This document shows, one piece after another, positions 18,298 through 29,146 of a stretch of DNA of 64,000 nucleotides. Within the stretch, counting starts at the first letter, position 1. Every line of letters starts with the position of its first letter. Where the stretch lies: assembly GCA_965197905.1 (NCBI GenBank), contig CBDAOB010000004.1:1440001-1504000 (forward strand). The letters run 5' to 3'. The position numbers and the translations under genes are program-made. Below the pieces are notes generated by a model. The model searched no databases. It saw nothing but the letters and a program-made list of their open reading frames with translations, and was not told where the DNA came from. This DNA is from Candidatus Latescibacterota bacterium (GTDB lineage Bacteria; Latescibacterota; UBA2968; UBA8231).

Positions 18298-19350
18298 CTA
18301 GCCTCCCCGCGTGTGCATCTCGCGGTGGGGGTACTTCTGCAGCTGCTCAATCTGATAGAGCGCTCCCCGCTCGGAAGTGGAACGCCGCAACTCGGCCCCG
18401 CGGTCCTGGCGTTTGTTCCAGGCCTTGCGAATGAGGTCCGCCAAGCCGGCATCTGCCCCCTCCTTTCGCAGAACCTGGCGCAGGTCGATTCCGTCTTGCG
18501 CATAAAGACAGAGGTACCAGATACCGTCAGCGGTCAGACGACTGCGATCGCAGGCGCTACAGAAGGGTTCGGTCACGGAGGCAATGACCCCGAACCGTTG
18601 CCCGTTGGAAAGCTCAAATCGGCGGGCAGGTGCGTGACCCTGATTCCCCTGCGCGCGGACTGGTCCACATCGCTTCTGGATATGTTCGACGATCTCCGCA
18701 CTGCTCACCACCTGATCCGCGCTCCACCTTGTCGCTCCGCCCACGTCCATGTACTCTATAAACCGTATTTCTGCCCCGACCCGCTCCCCGAACTCCACCA
18801 GGTCAACCAGCTCGTCGTCGTTGAATCCACGCATCACAACCACATTTATCTTTAACCCCGTGAACCCCGCGGCCTTCACACCTTCGATCCCGTCGAGTAC
18901 CTTGGACAGGTCGGCACGCCGCGTGAGGTGAGCAAAACGGTCGGGACGCAACGAGTCGAGACTGACCGTTACCCGATCCAATCCGGCGTTGCGCAGGCGT
19001 TCCGCCCAGCGCGCCAACTGGGTTCCGTTGGTGGTAAGCGCGATTTCACGTATGGAAGGGATTTGTCGCAGGCGGCTCACCAGCTGGTCGAGGTCGGCGC
19101 GAAGCAGGGGTTCACCCCCGGTTATGCGCACGCGGCTAACACCCAACCCGGCGAAGGTTTCCGCAAGCGTTGATATCTCGTCAAAGCTGAGGATGTCGCT
19201 TGAAGGGAGCCAAGAATACTCGGGCTCCGGCATACAGTAGGAACAGCGCAGATCGCAACGGTCGATGACCGACACCCGCAAGCTGTGCAACGGACGACCC
19301 AGTTCGTCTAGCAATTGTTCCGAGGAGGGGGCCGACACTTCAGTCGTCAT
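18298..19350 (-). CDS. moaA: GTP 3',8-cyclase
   Basis: LRVSV.DRCDLRCSYCMP, RITGGEPLLR, TTNG, RFIEYM, FCSACDRSRLTADG..Y.CL, C-terminal GG. Confidence 0.95.
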   Translation of the reverse strand: MTTEVSAPSSEQLLDELGRPLHSLRVSVIDRCDLRCSYCMPEPEYSWLPSSDILSFDEISTLAETFAGLGVSRVRITGGEPLLRADLDQLVSRLRQIPSIREIALTTNGTQLARWAERLRNAGLDRVTVSLDSLRPDRFAHLTRRADLSKVLDGIEGVKAAGFTGLKINVVVMRGFNDDELVDLVEFGERVGAEIRFIEYMDVGGATRWSADQVVSSAEIVEHIQKRCGPVRAQGNQGHAPARRFELSNGQRFGVIASVTEPFCSACDRSRLTADGIWYLCLYAQDGIDLRQVLRKEGADAGLADLIRKAWNKRQDRGAELRRSTSERGALYQIEQLQKYPHREMHTRGG

Positions 19351-19517
19351 GTAAGACACTTCTGCGCCGATTCGACGCCTCGGTAGAATGGTTCGGGATC
19401 GCGAGCGGTGGTTGAGCTGGGACGATCAGGAGAAACTCAGCGGTTGCACAAAACTCCCGATTCTGCGGTGATCAGGCGGGCAGTCGACTATAGTGAACGT
19501 GCCGTAAAGCCAGCATT

Positions 19518-19596
19518 AATATAGGGATTGGTCCAACCGGAGCAATCCTGGACCGTACTCCGATTCCTTGCAAGTGCCGTTAGCTGGATTCATATT
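19518..19596. promoter_or_regulatory. Divergent sigma70-like promoters between moaA and xdhC
   Basis: Minus strand TTGCTC-16-TATATT (19545-19518). Plus strand TTGCAA-17-CATATT (19568-19596). Confidence 0.45.
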
Positions 19597-19727
19597 AATA
19601 GGTTTGTCGCTGACCACCCAGCGACCGTTCGGTGGGACCTGTCGAGAAGTCGGCGATGGCGATGGACCTGTGTGTGACCCGACGGCGAGAATTATGAACG
19701 GCTCATGGCAAGATCAGGACTCACAGA

Positions 19728-20882
19728 ATGAAGGAGCTACGGCATATTCTCGAGACCGTCGGCCGGATCCGGACCGGCGAGCGATTGGCGATGGCTACCG
19801 TAGTGGAGACCACAGGCTCCTTCTATCGTGCCCCTGGAGTTCGTATGGTGGTAGACGCGCGCCAGCAAACCGCCGGCACCATGGGTGGGGGATGTCTTGA
19901 AGGCGATCTGTTGGAACATGCCCATGAGGTGCGCGAATCTGGCCGGTCCCAACTGCTGACCTACGATTCCACCTCGGACGACGATGTTCTGTGGGGTACC
20001 GGCCGGGGGTGTGCCGGGGTTACCAAGATATTGCTTGAAGCGTTGCCCCAGGCCGGAGGCGTTGAATTCATGGAGTTTCTCGGGTCATGCGTGACGTCCC
20101 GCACATCGGGGGTTCTGACCACAGCCTACGAATGGGAGGGTCGAGACGATGCGGCGGTGCCACGGCGATTGATCTTGAGAGAAAACGGTTCCATAGAGGA
20201 CGACTTCTGCGAAAGCGAGGTGCGGAAGGTTGTGGAGCGCGAAGCGAGGAGTGAATGGGAACATCTCGCTTCTCGGCAGGCGCCGTCGGCACGACCCTAT
20301 TCCCGCTCGTGTGACTACCCGGGTGGCCGCGTCCGTTTCCTGGTTGAGCCGGTGCAACCGCCGACGCGGCTGGTGGTTTTTGGCGCCGATTCCCACATCG
20401 CGCCCCTGGTGCGTTTCGCCGTTGAATTGGGATGGGACGTGGCTGTGGTGGACCACCGGCCATCGCGCGCCCGGCCGGAGCGGTTTCCCGAGGCGAGCAC
20501 CGTACTCCTTTCGACGGCCGATGAAACAGCCGACAAGGTCGCGCTGGACTGGCGATCGGTAGTGTTGGTCATGACCCATGACTATCTGAACGACCTCGCT
20601 CTTCTCCGGCATCTGGTAGGAGTAGACCTGGAGTACCTGGGCATTCTCGGACCTCGTGAACGCACCGGTCGCCTTATGAGCGACTTGAAACGGGAGGGAG
20701 TGGACCTCCGCAAAGAAGCGGCGCACCGGGTGTTCAGTCCGGCCGGTCTGGACATCGGTGCCGACACCTCCGAGGAGATCGGGCTCTCGATCATTGCCGA
20801 GATTCAGGCATTTCGTAGCGGACGCCAGGGCGGTTATCTGCGCGACCGCAGTGGCCCCATTCATGACCGCGAGCTGAACTGA
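19728..20882 (+). CDS. xdhC: XdhC/CoxI family molybdenum-cofactor chaperone
   Basis: ATVV.T.GS.YR.PG, GT.GGGCLE, G.GC.G, VMTHDY..D, YLG.LGPR.R, P.GLDIGA.T.EEI.LSI.AE. Confidence 0.9.
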   Translation: MKELRHILETVGRIRTGERLAMATVVETTGSFYRAPGVRMVVDARQQTAGTMGGGCLEGDLLEHAHEVRESGRSQLLTYDSTSDDDVLWGTGRGCAGVTKILLEALPQAGGVEFMEFLGSCVTSRTSGVLTTAYEWEGRDDAAVPRRLILRENGSIEDDFCESEVRKVVEREARSEWEHLASRQAPSARPYSRSCDYPGGRVRFLVEPVQPPTRLVVFGADSHIAPLVRFAVELGWDVAVVDHRPSRARPERFPEASTVLLSTADETADKVALDWRSVVLVMTHDYLNDLALLRHLVGVDLEYLGILGPRERTGRLMSDLKREGVDLRKEAAHRVFSPAGLDIGADTSEEIGLSIIAEIQAFRSGRQGGYLRDRSGPIHDRELN

Positions 20883-21142
20883 TGGACGAGTTGACCTTCG
20901 ACATTCAGAATATCGCCGCCGGTCAGGGATCTGACCTCGCCATTACCGGGATGGTTATCGTATTTGTCGCCCTGACACTGATCAGCCTGTTCATCCGCTT
21001 GTTGCCGCGGGCCCTGGAACTGGTCGGCCGGTTGCTGCCTGCTATGGACGACCCGCATCAGGTTGTCTCGCCATCGGTGCCAGATGCTGCGGGCCGCATC
21101 GCAGCGATCGGTTTTGCCCTACACCAGGAAACGGTTTCGTGA
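20882..21142 (+). CDS. oadG: Na+-translocating decarboxylase gamma/delta subunit (OadG family)
   Basis: Single TM segment GM.IVF..L.LI, C-terminal IAAI..ALH. Overlaps oadB. Confidence 0.8.
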   Translation: MDELTFDIQNIAAGQGSDLAITGMVIVFVALTLISLFIRLLPRALELVGRLLPAMDDPHQVVSPSVPDAAGRIAAIGFALHQETVS

Positions 21143-22266
21143 ATATTCTCCTGGACTTTTTCGGAACAACCGGATTCGCCAACATGACCTGGGGCAATCT
21201 GTTGATGATCGCGATCGGCATTATTTTCGTCAGTCTCGCGATCGTCAAGGATTACGAACCGCTACTGCTGCTGCCCATCGGATTCGGCATGGTCGTGGGC
21301 AACATCAACTCGATCCCCAGCATGGCGTTGGGGGTCTACGACCAGGGCAGCGTTCTGAGCTATATCTACTTCGGTGTATCCCAGGGCATTTTCCCACCGT
21401 TGATCTTCCTCGGCATTGGCGCCATGACCGATTTTTCCACCATGCTCGCCAATCCGAAGCTCGTTCTTTTGGGCGCCGCCGCACAGATTGGCATTTTTCT
21501 AACGCTTATTGGAGCACTGTACCTCGGCTTCACCCCCGCCGAGTCCGGCGCCATCGGCATCATCGGCGGCGCAGATGGGCCTACGGCGATATTTCTGTCA
21601 GCTAAGCTGGCACCCCATCTGCTGGGTGCCATAGCGATAGCCGCCTATTCCTACATGGCGTTGGTGCCGGTGATTCAGCCCCCCATCATGAACCTGCTCA
21701 CAACCCGGCGGGAACGTCTGATCCGGATGCAAACGCCACGGCGGGCAACGCAGCGGGAGAAGATCATATTTCCGATCGTCGCATTCCTCATAGCGGCCCT
21801 GATCGCGCCGGGATCGATCGCACTTGTGGGCATGTTGTTTTTCGGAAATCTGTTGAAGGAGAGCGGAGTGACTGAGCGCCTCGCTGCTACCGCGCGCACC
21901 GCCATGGTCGACATCGTCACCATACTGCTTGGTTTTTCTGTCGGAGCCAGCACTCAGGCGCAGACCTTCCTGAAACCGCAATCCGTGCTCATCTTCGCCC
22001 TTGGCGCGTTGTCGTTTGCCATCGCCACGGCAGGTGGGGTCCTCTTCGCCAAATTCATGAACCTGTTCCTCAAGGAGAAGATTAACCCACTGGTTGGCGC
22101 CGCGGGAGTGTCCGCGGTGCCGGATTCCGCACGTGTGGTACAGATGGTTGGGCAGAAAGAGGACCCGCACAATTTTCTCCTCATGCATGCCATGGCACCC
22201 AACGTAGCCGGGGTGATCGGCTCGGCCATTGGTGCCGGGGTGTTATGGTCGGTTCTGGTGGATTAG
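21139..22266 (+). CDS. oadB: Na+-translocating decarboxylase beta subunit
   Basis: EPLLLLPIGFG, FPPLIFLGIGAMTDF, IGIIGGADGPTAIF, YSYMALVP.IQPP, GAAGVSAVP, HAM.PNVAGVIGSA. Confidence 0.95.
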   Translation: MNILLDFFGTTGFANMTWGNLLMIAIGIIFVSLAIVKDYEPLLLLPIGFGMVVGNINSIPSMALGVYDQGSVLSYIYFGVSQGIFPPLIFLGIGAMTDFSTMLANPKLVLLGAAAQIGIFLTLIGALYLGFTPAESGAIGIIGGADGPTAIFLSAKLAPHLLGAIAIAAYSYMALVPVIQPPIMNLLTTRRERLIRMQTPRRATQREKIIFPIVAFLIAALIAPGSIALVGMLFFGNLLKESGVTERLAATARTAMVDIVTILLGFSVGASTQAQTFLKPQSVLIFALGALSFAIATAGGVLFAKFMNLFLKEKINPLVGAAGVSAVPDSARVVQMVGQKEDPHNFLLMHAMAPNVAGVIGSAIGAGVLWSVLVD

Positions 22267-22289
22267 CGAGGTAGAAGAAAGAGATTGAC

Positions 22290-24161
22290 TTGAGCAAAAA
22301 AGTCAGATTTATGTGCACTGCCTTTCGGGACGGTCTCCAGTCCACCTATGGTGGCCGGGCGTTCCGAGAGGACTATCTACCGGCGGTCGAAGCGGCCCGG
22401 GACGCAGGCATCGATTATTTCGAGGCGGGCGGGGGCGCCCTGTTTCAATCGCCCATCTTCTACTGTCGCGAGAATTCGTTCGAAACTATGGATGCCTTTC
22501 GCGCCGCCGCCGGCCCCGACGCCGAGTTGCAGACCCTGGCGCGCGGCGTCAACGTGGTCTGTCTCGATTCCCAGCCCAGCGATGTGATCCGCATGCACGC
22601 ACAGCTGTTCAGGAAACATGGGGTCGACACGATTCGCAACTTCGATGCCCTCAACGACGTGGAGAACCTTATCTACAGCGGTCAGTGTATCGCCGATGCC
22701 GGGCTCAAGCACCAGGTGTGTGTCACGATGATGGAGTTGCCTCCAGGCTGCGAGGGGGCCCACGATCCAGAGTTCTACGTCGCCACCGTGAGCAAGATTC
22801 TCGATTCCGGGGTGCCGTTTCACTCCATCTGTTTCAAGGATGCCTCCGGGACCGCGGTGCCCCTCAAGGTGCACGAGACCATTCAACAGGTGCGGCGGAT
22901 GGTTCCGGGAGAAACCACGATCCACTTTCACACCCACGAGACCGCCGGCATAAGCATCGCCGCCAACATGGCCGCATTGGATGCGGGAGCGGACGTGATC
23001 GATCTGTCGATGGCTCCCTGTTCGGGAGGAACCTGTCAACCGGACATTGTTATCATGTGCCACGCATTGCGCGAAGCGGAGCACGAACTAGACGTGGATA
23101 TCGACAAGGTGCGGGAAGCTGAACAGGTGTTTCAAGACTGCATGAGTGAGTACCAACTTCCTCCGGAGGCACTCAAGGTAGACCCTCGCATTGTCTGGAG
23201 TCCCATGCCCGGCGGTGCGTTGACGGCAAATACTCAGATGTTGCGCGACAACGACATCCTCGATCGGTATTCGGACATGATCAAAGCGATGAGCGAGGTC
23301 GTGCAGCGGGGTGGGTACGGAACCTCGGTAACGCCGGTTTCTCAGTTCTATTTCCAGCAGGCGTTTAACAATGTGATGTTCGGTCCCTGGGAGCGAATCG
23401 CCGAAGGCTACGGCAAGATGGTACTTGGATACTTCGGCCAGACACCGGTGCCGGCAGACCCCGAGATAGTCAACCGCGCTGCCGCCGCGTTAGAACTGCG
23501 ACCCACGGATCGCTCACCGCGGGAGATGGATGACGAGGACCCGCAAAAAGGGATCGAGGCCGCGCGCGGGCAGCTGCGGTCGGCGAACATCCCGGATACC
23601 GACGAGAACATCTTTATCGCTGCAGCGTGCGGCGACAAGGGGATCGCGTTTCTCCGCGGTGAAGGCGAGCTGGGCGTTCGCAAAGGGGGCGCCGAACCGG
23701 TCGTCGTCGTTGCCCCGCCCACGACCGAACCGCCAGCAGCGGCGCCCGTAGCGGAGCAACCATCGAGCGAGCCCGTGGCAGAGAAACCAGAAGGACCAGC
23801 GGCGTACACCCTATCGGTGGACGGAAAAGAATATCGCCTAGTGGTGGATGGGAACACCGTTCAGGTTGATGACGAGGCGTTCGAGGTTCACCTGCGAAGC
23901 GCGGAAGCGACCGCCGTCACGCCGTCTCAGCCCGACCGGGCGCTCGAGGGTTCTCCAGTCAACGCACAGATGCCGGGCAAGGTTATTCGGCTCAATGTGG
24001 GTGTCGGTGACCGCGTCGAAGCGGGGCAGGCATTGATGATCGTGGAAGCGATGAAGATGGAGATGCCGATCAACGCTCCAGTCAGTGGCAAGGTGAGCCA
24101 CCTGGCCGTTCAAAGTGGCGACCAGGTCGCTACCGGTCAGCTGTTGGCTTCCATCAGCTGA
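22290..24161 (+). CDS. oadA: Oxaloacetate decarboxylase alpha-like subunit (carboxyltransferase + biotinyl domain)
   Basis: RDGLQS, FDALND, CFKD, HTH metal site, PGG, VTPVSQ, Pro/Ala linker, EAMKM biotin site. Confidence 0.88.
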   Translation: MSKKVRFMCTAFRDGLQSTYGGRAFREDYLPAVEAARDAGIDYFEAGGGALFQSPIFYCRENSFETMDAFRAAAGPDAELQTLARGVNVVCLDSQPSDVIRMHAQLFRKHGVDTIRNFDALNDVENLIYSGQCIADAGLKHQVCVTMMELPPGCEGAHDPEFYVATVSKILDSGVPFHSICFKDASGTAVPLKVHETIQQVRRMVPGETTIHFHTHETAGISIAANMAALDAGADVIDLSMAPCSGGTCQPDIVIMCHALREAEHELDVDIDKVREAEQVFQDCMSEYQLPPEALKVDPRIVWSPMPGGALTANTQMLRDNDILDRYSDMIKAMSEVVQRGGYGTSVTPVSQFYFQQAFNNVMFGPWERIAEGYGKMVLGYFGQTPVPADPEIVNRAAAALELRPTDRSPREMDDEDPQKGIEAARGQLRSANIPDTDENIFIAAACGDKGIAFLRGEGELGVRKGGAEPVVVVAPPTTEPPAAAPVAEQPSSEPVAEKPEGPAAYTLSVDGKEYRLVVDGNTVQVDDEAFEVHLRSAEATAVTPSQPDRALEGSPVNAQMPGKVIRLNVGVGDRVEAGQALMIVEAMKMEMPINAPVSGKVSHLAVQSGDQVATGQLLASIS

Positions 24162-24176
24162 CGGTACGCTTAAATC

Positions 24177-24977
24177 CTACCCCTGCTGACAACCTGCATT
24201 CAGATCACCCGACCAGATCTCGGTGAGTCTTCCGTCAGGTAAACGCAGGCAGAGCTGGCCGCGGTCGCCGAACCCTTCCATTACTCCGCGAATCGCAGAT
24301 CCTTCGTCTCGAATTTCGACCTTGCTATCAAGACCCTCGCAGCGACTACACCACGTGGACTTCAAGGTTGCAAATCCGCCCTGCCGCCACCGGCTGCACC
24401 AGTACTCTAGTTTGCTTAGCAGCGGTTGCAAGACCGATTCGACCGGGCGTTCCTCACCGGTCGCCAGCAGGATGGAGGTAACCGGCCGGTCTATGGAAGC
24501 CGCCATTTCCGCACCCATGTTTACATTGAGGCCGACCCCAAGGACCACAGGGAGGTCGAGGGTCTGCGTCTCCATATCGACTCGACTGGGGGGGGTGCCG
24601 GGGCTCTCACGGACGTTTCGCTTGGGCGGCAATTCAGCGAGAATTCCGCAGATCTTCCGCCCCCCCACCAGCACGTCGTTGGGCCATTTGGTGCGTCCCT
24701 CGAGTCCGATCTGCTCCAGGAGATCGGCTACCGCCAGCGCCGCGGCCATGGGCAGGCTGGTCAGGTGGCCGCTGTCAACGCAGCGGATAAGGCAGGAAAA
24801 GGCCAGATCCCGTCCGGCTGCGCTTACCCATTGCCGGTCGAAACGCCCACGACCGGCCGTTTGCTCACGCGCGGCGAGCACATACCCGTCCGGGGCGTGG
24901 CCCCGTCCGAACCGTTCGAGCACGGCCGCGTTGGTCGACGGCAGTCCAGCGCACCACTCCGGTTGCAAGAATTTCAC
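24177..24977 (-). CDS. birA: Biotin--protein ligase (no N-terminal HTH)
   Basis: STN, EQTAGRGR..R.W, KWPND, KICGIL.E, G.GLNVN, C-terminal SH3-like domain. Confidence 0.92.
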   Translation of the reverse strand: MKFLQPEWCAGLPSTNAAVLERFGRGHAPDGYVLAAREQTAGRGRFDRQWVSAAGRDLAFSCLIRCVDSGHLTSLPMAAALAVADLLEQIGLEGRTKWPNDVLVGGRKICGILAELPPKRNVRESPGTPPSRVDMETQTLDLPVVLGVGLNVNMGAEMAASIDRPVTSILLATGEERPVESVLQPLLSKLEYWCSRWRQGGFATLKSTWCSRCEGLDSKVEIRDEGSAIRGVMEGFGDRGQLCLRLPDGRLTEIWSGDLNAGCQQG

Positions 24978-24984
24978 CGCAGAC

Positions 24985-26670
24985 TCAATCCCGAGTCATC
25001 TGACGGTATTTGATGCGATGCGGATTCGCCGCTTCCTCGCCCGGATTCTTGCGCTGTAGCTCCTCGTATTCGGAGTAGTTGCCCTCGAACCATTTGACCT
25101 GGCTATCCCCTTCGAACGCCAGGATATGAGTGGCGATGCGATCGAGGAACCAGCGATCGTGGCTGATGATGACGGCACATCCGGCGAAGTTTTCCAACGC
25201 CTCTTCCAGGGCCCGCATTGTGTTTACGTCCAAGTCGTTGGTGGGCTCGTCCAGGAGCAGAACGTTCGCTCCTTGCTTGAGCATCTTGGCCAGATGAACG
25301 CGGTTGCGCTCCCCCCCGGAGAGAGTCCCCACCTTCTTTTGCTGATCGCCGCCGGCGAAGTTGAAATGGCCTACGTACGCCCGCGAGTTGACCCGCCTGT
25401 CCCCCAGAGAAATCTCGTCTTCTCCACCGGAGATCTCTTCCCAGACCGATTTGTCGCCCACAAGGCTGTCGCGGCTCTGGTCGACATAGGCCAGCTCAAC
25501 CGTATCCCCAATCTTTAAGGTTCCGCTGTCCGGCTGTTCTTGCCCGGTAATGAGCCTGAAGAGGGTGGTTTTTCCCGCTCCGTTGGGACCGATCACACCG
25601 ACGATGCCGCCGGGCGGCAATAGGAACGACATGCCTTCGAAGATGATGCGATCCTCGTAGTTCTTGCCGAGCTTTTCCGCTTCAATCACCAGATCCCCGA
25701 GTCGAGGTCCTGGCGGAACGTAGATCTCCAGATCAGCGGCGCGCTTCTCCGCCTCTTGATTCAGCAAGTCTTCGTAGGCTCGTATGCGAGCCTTGCTCTT
25801 GGTCTGACGCGCCTTGGGAGCCATGCGAATCCAATCGAGCTCCCGCTCTAACGTATTCTGTCGTTCGCTTTCTGCTTTTTCCTCCTGCTTCAGCCGTGCC
25901 TGTTTCTGTTCCAGCCAGGAGGAGTAATTTCCCTTCCACGGGATGCCTTCGCCGCGATCCAGCTCCAGAATCCAGCCGGCCACGTTGTCCAGAAAATAGC
26001 GATCGTGGGTGACTGCGATGACCGTGCCCTGGTACTGCTGTAAGTGGCGCTCCAGCCAGGCTACCGACTCGGCATCAAGGTGGTTGGTTGGTTCGTCCAG
26101 CAGCAGAATGTCGGGTTTGCGCAGCAACAGCCGGCACAGAGCGACCCGTCTGCGTTCACCGCCGGAGATCACGTCTACCGTCGCATCCTCTGGAGGGCAG
26201 CGCAAGGCGTCCATCGCCATCTCCAGCCGGCTGTCCAGGTCCCAGGCGTTGAGGGCGTCCAGCTTCTCCTGCACCGCGGCCTGGCGCTCGATGAGGGCGT
26301 TCATTTCATCGTCTGACATGGGTTCGGAAAACCGGTTGTTGATCTGGTCGAACTCCTTGGCGAGATCCACCGTTTCCTGCACCCCTTCTTCGACGACCTC
26401 GCGGACCGTTCTCCCCGCCTCCAACTGCGGTTCCTGCTCCAGGAACCCGACGGTATACCCCGGCGCCAGCACGGTCTCACCTTCGAATTCGGAGTCGACG
26501 CCGGCCATGATGCGGAGCAGGGAGCTCTTTCCCGAACCGTTCAGACCCAGAACGCCGATCTTGGCGCCGTAGAAATAGGAAAGGTAGATCCCCTTGAGCA
26601 CCGGCTTTTTGTCGTGGTTCCGGCCGACGCCGATCATCGAATAGATCACCTTATCTGGGGCGTCACTCAT
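24985..26670 (-). CDS. ettA: Energy-dependent translational throttle protein (ABC-F)
   Basis: Two ABC domains. [43 protein letters not shown] terminus. Confidence 0.96.
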   Translation of the reverse strand: MSDAPDKVIYSMIGVGRNHDKKPVLKGIYLSYFYGAKIGVLGLNGSGKSSLLRIMAGVDSEFEGETVLAPGYTVGFLEQEPQLEAGRTVREVVEEGVQETVDLAKEFDQINNRFSEPMSDDEMNALIERQAAVQEKLDALNAWDLDSRLEMAMDALRCPPEDATVDVISGGERRRVALCRLLLRKPDILLLDEPTNHLDAESVAWLERHLQQYQGTVIAVTHDRYFLDNVAGWILELDRGEGIPWKGNYSSWLEQKQARLKQEEKAESERQNTLERELDWIRMAPKARQTKSKARIRAYEDLLNQEAEKRAADLEIYVPPGPRLGDLVIEAEKLGKNYEDRIIFEGMSFLLPPGGIVGVIGPNGAGKTTLFRLITGQEQPDSGTLKIGDTVELAYVDQSRDSLVGDKSVWEEISGGEDEISLGDRRVNSRAYVGHFNFAGGDQQKKVGTLSGGERNRVHLAKMLKQGANVLLLDEPTNDLDVNTMRALEEALENFAGCAVIISHDRWFLDRIATHILAFEGDSQVKWFEGNYSEYEELQRKNPGEEAANPHRIKYRQMTRD

Positions 26671-27644
26671 GATATCTCCGTTCTTGCCGAATCAATGAGC
26701 GAGGAGGAATGATCGCTGTAGGCGCGAAACACCACCTTCAGATCTCGGCGTGCCCTGGCAAAGTTTGAATAAGGCTGCGCCGATCGATCTTCGAGGCAGC
26801 GCAGAAAATCATCCGTCATCCTGCCAAACCCCATCAGGTCGGACAGATCGGGAGGCACCAGCCCTCGGCGTTTCCCCTTGAGCACGGCGTATAACCCGTT
26901 GCTCTCGAAAACGATAGATCCGGCAGCGCCGATGAGCCTGGAATGCTGCAACAACCCCTTGGTGAAGCTGGGCGCATCCCAGGCGTACCGCAAAACGGCG
27001 CTTACACCACGGCTGTAGGTCAACTGCAGCTCGCAGCGGCGCTCAGGCTCGTTCACGTCGCGCCAACCGGGAAAGCTCGCAGCAATACCGGTGGGAGCAT
27101 CATCGACCAGATCTCCGATCAGCGCCACGAAATGTATACCACCCTCGAGCAGCGCCCCATAGCCAGTTCTCCAACCTTTTGGCGACTGCGTAAACAGCTT
27201 TTGAACCTCCACGCGCTCAATAGCGCCGATGGCGTCGTCTTCAATCAAACCCTTCAAACGTTCCACCGAAGGTTTGTAGTAGTAGTTTTCCGCCACCATC
27301 AACAGGGGGTGATCTTGATCGTTTTGCGCCGTTTCAATCTCCATCAATTCCGTTGGAGAGGTGCAGAGCGGTTTTTCGGCAAGAACGGCTTTTCCGCTCC
27401 GGAGTGCTCTGATGGTCTGGTCACAGTGAAACTGGGGAGGTGTCGCTAGCACGATCCCGTCGATCGCATCGCTGGACAGCACCTGCTCGAACTCTTCGAT
27501 AACACCGGCCCCGTCCATGCGGTCGCACAACAAACGCGCCGAGGCGGCGGAACGACTGTTGAAGTAGAGCCTCGCCCGGCCCCTCAGGTTCCGGGCGTGC
27601 ATGCCGCCGATCTTTCCGCAGCCCGAGATACAGATGTTTTTCAT
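26667..27644 (-). CDS. Gfo/Idh/MocA family oxidoreductase
   Basis: GCGKIG..H, ATPP..H, VLAEKP, EGGIH. Confidence 0.88.
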   Translation of the reverse strand: MKNICISGCGKIGGMHARNLRGRARLYFNSRSAASARLLCDRMDGAGVIEEFEQVLSSDAIDGIVLATPPQFHCDQTIRALRSGKAVLAEKPLCTSPTELMEIETAQNDQDHPLLMVAENYYYKPSVERLKGLIEDDAIGAIERVEVQKLFTQSPKGWRTGYGALLEGGIHFVALIGDLVDDAPTGIAASFPGWRDVNEPERRCELQLTYSRGVSAVLRYAWDAPSFTKGLLQHSRLIGAAGSIVFESNGLYAVLKGKRRGLVPPDLSDLMGFGRMTDDFLRCLEDRSAQPYSNFARARRDLKVVFRAYSDHSSSLIDSARTEIS

Positions 27645-29146
27645 CTCAGTGTCCGGTTTCGGGAGGTAGCGATGTCCGCCACTCTAAGCGAGTTGGCGGC
27701 GATGGTGAGGCTGGGGTTAACGCCACCCGAGGTAGGCATGAAACTGCCGTCCACCACAAACAGATTATCGAACCCCCGAAGGCGGCAGCTGGGATCCAAA
27801 ACGCTTTCATCTTCTTCGCTGCCGAAGCGCAAGGTGCCCACGGCGTGAGAAAAGGAATCGATGGCGTGCGTAAACGGAATCAGACCGCCGGCCGCGCGCA
27901 ACACCCGCCTCGCTTTGCCGACCAGGTAATCGCGGCGAGCTAGATCGAGCGACGAATACGCGTGGTGAACCTCGGAGAGCTGCAGACCGTGCTCGTCCTT
28001 GGCTGGAGCCAGGGTCACTCGATTCTCGAACCGGGGTTCGTCTTCGGCGATACAGAGGAGGTTTTGCAGTCGCCGCGCCGCAGCTGCAGCCAATCGTTTC
28101 AATCCCGCGGGGGCAAAGTGATGGAGGACCTCCGGCGCGGGGGTGTAGATATCCTGAATGACACCTACGGCGGTTCCGTGCGCGGTGCGAAGATCTTCGT
28201 AAAAGTCGGTGAAACACAACTGCTTGTGGAACACATTCTCGGGATTGGTGACGCCCGGGAAGAGGTAGCCGGCCACCGCGTTGCAATGTCGCATGAGGCA
28301 ACGCCCAAAGAAGCGGTGTTCGGTGCCCAGATGTGAACGCCGCAGCAAACCAGGGCTGTAGAGCGCGCCGGCCCCCAAAAACACGACCTGTGCGCCGATC
28401 GAAAACATCTCCTTGGTTTCCTTGCTGACGCAAATAAGCTGCTCGACCTTTTCGCCGGCGGTCTGCAATTCGGCGACGATAGTGCCGGCCACGATCTCGA
28501 GTCCGAACTCCTGGGCTTTCCGCAGAACCGTGGCCGTGAGATCGTTTTTCGCCTCGATGCGGCAGGGGAATCCGTCGCAGGTGTTGCATTTGATGCAGAT
28601 GTTTCTGGCGTTGTCGGTGAAGTTGATCGCCAGGGGAATCTTGAACGGATTGTATCCGACTTTCCGGGCGGCCGCGAGGATACGTTGCGCCGGTGCCGTG
28701 AGTGGCTGGGCGGGTTGCGGATATCCCCCGGACCGGCGGGGCTCGAAGGGGTCTTCGCCGGAATCCCCGTGGACTGCCAGCAAGCGTTCGGCTTTGGTGT
28801 AGTAGGGCTCCAGGTCTTCGTAGCCGATGGGCCAGTGGTCGAAGTCAGTCTCGCGCAGACGTAAGGACGCCCCCCCGTAGAAAACCGAAAGTCCGCCTAC
28901 GGCTTCGTTGGAAAAGAGCGGTTTGAACTCTCGGGCGCCGTACTGTTTGACCAGGAGCGGAGCGCTGTTGCGATAACGCTGTTCGAGCAGAATCGCTTCC
29001 TGGTTCCAATCGAGCTCATCCCGTCTCGCCCAACCTCCGCGCTCGATCAATACCGTGCTTAGCCCCGCCTCGGCGAGGGCGTAGGCTGCTAGGGCTCCGC
29101 CAAAACCGGATCCGACAACGACCGCGTCATAAGACTTGGATTTCAT
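27641..29146 (-). CDS. GMC family FAD oxidoreductase
   Basis: GSGFGG, VGG.S.FYGG, DLEPYY..AE, CIKCNTCDGFPC, HAVGT.RFG, NLFVVDGSFMPTSGGVNPSLTIAAN. Confidence 0.9.
   Translation of the reverse strand: MKSKSYDAVVVGSGFGGALAAYALAEAGLSTVLIERGGWARRDELDWNQEAILLEQRYRNSAPLLVKQYGAREFKPLFSNEAVGGLSVFYGGASLRLRETDFDHWPIGYEDLEPYYTKAERLLAVHGDSGEDPFEPRRSGGYPQPAQPLTAPAQRILAAARKVGYNPFKIPLAINFTDNARNICIKCNTCDGFPCRIEAKNDLTATVLRKAQEFGLEIVAGTIVAELQTAGEKVEQLICVSKETKEMFSIGAQVVFLGAGALYSPGLLRRSHLGTEHRFFGRCLMRHCNAVAGYLFPGVTNPENVFHKQLCFTDFYEDLRTAHGTAVGVIQDIYTPAPEVLHHFAPAGLKRLAAAAARRLQNLLCIAEDEPRFENRVTLAPAKDEHGLQLSEVHHAYSSLDLARRDYLVGKARRVLRAAGGLIPFTHAIDSFSHAVGTLRFGSEEDESVLDPSCRLRGFDNLFVVDGSFMPTSGGVNPSLTIAANSLRVADIATSRNRTLR

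Noticed and set aside
18291..18503. N-terminal extension of the 812-aa ORF overlapping moaA
   Set aside because: The extension has no FolC similarity and overlaps the conserved moaA 3' end. GTG at 18290 is the likelier start.
19351..19727. Moco riboswitch in the moaA/xdhC spacer
   Set aside because: I could not find the conserved Moco-RNA elements on either strand. The ATTAATAT/ATATTAAT pair is explained by two divergent -10 regions. An Rfam scan would settle it.
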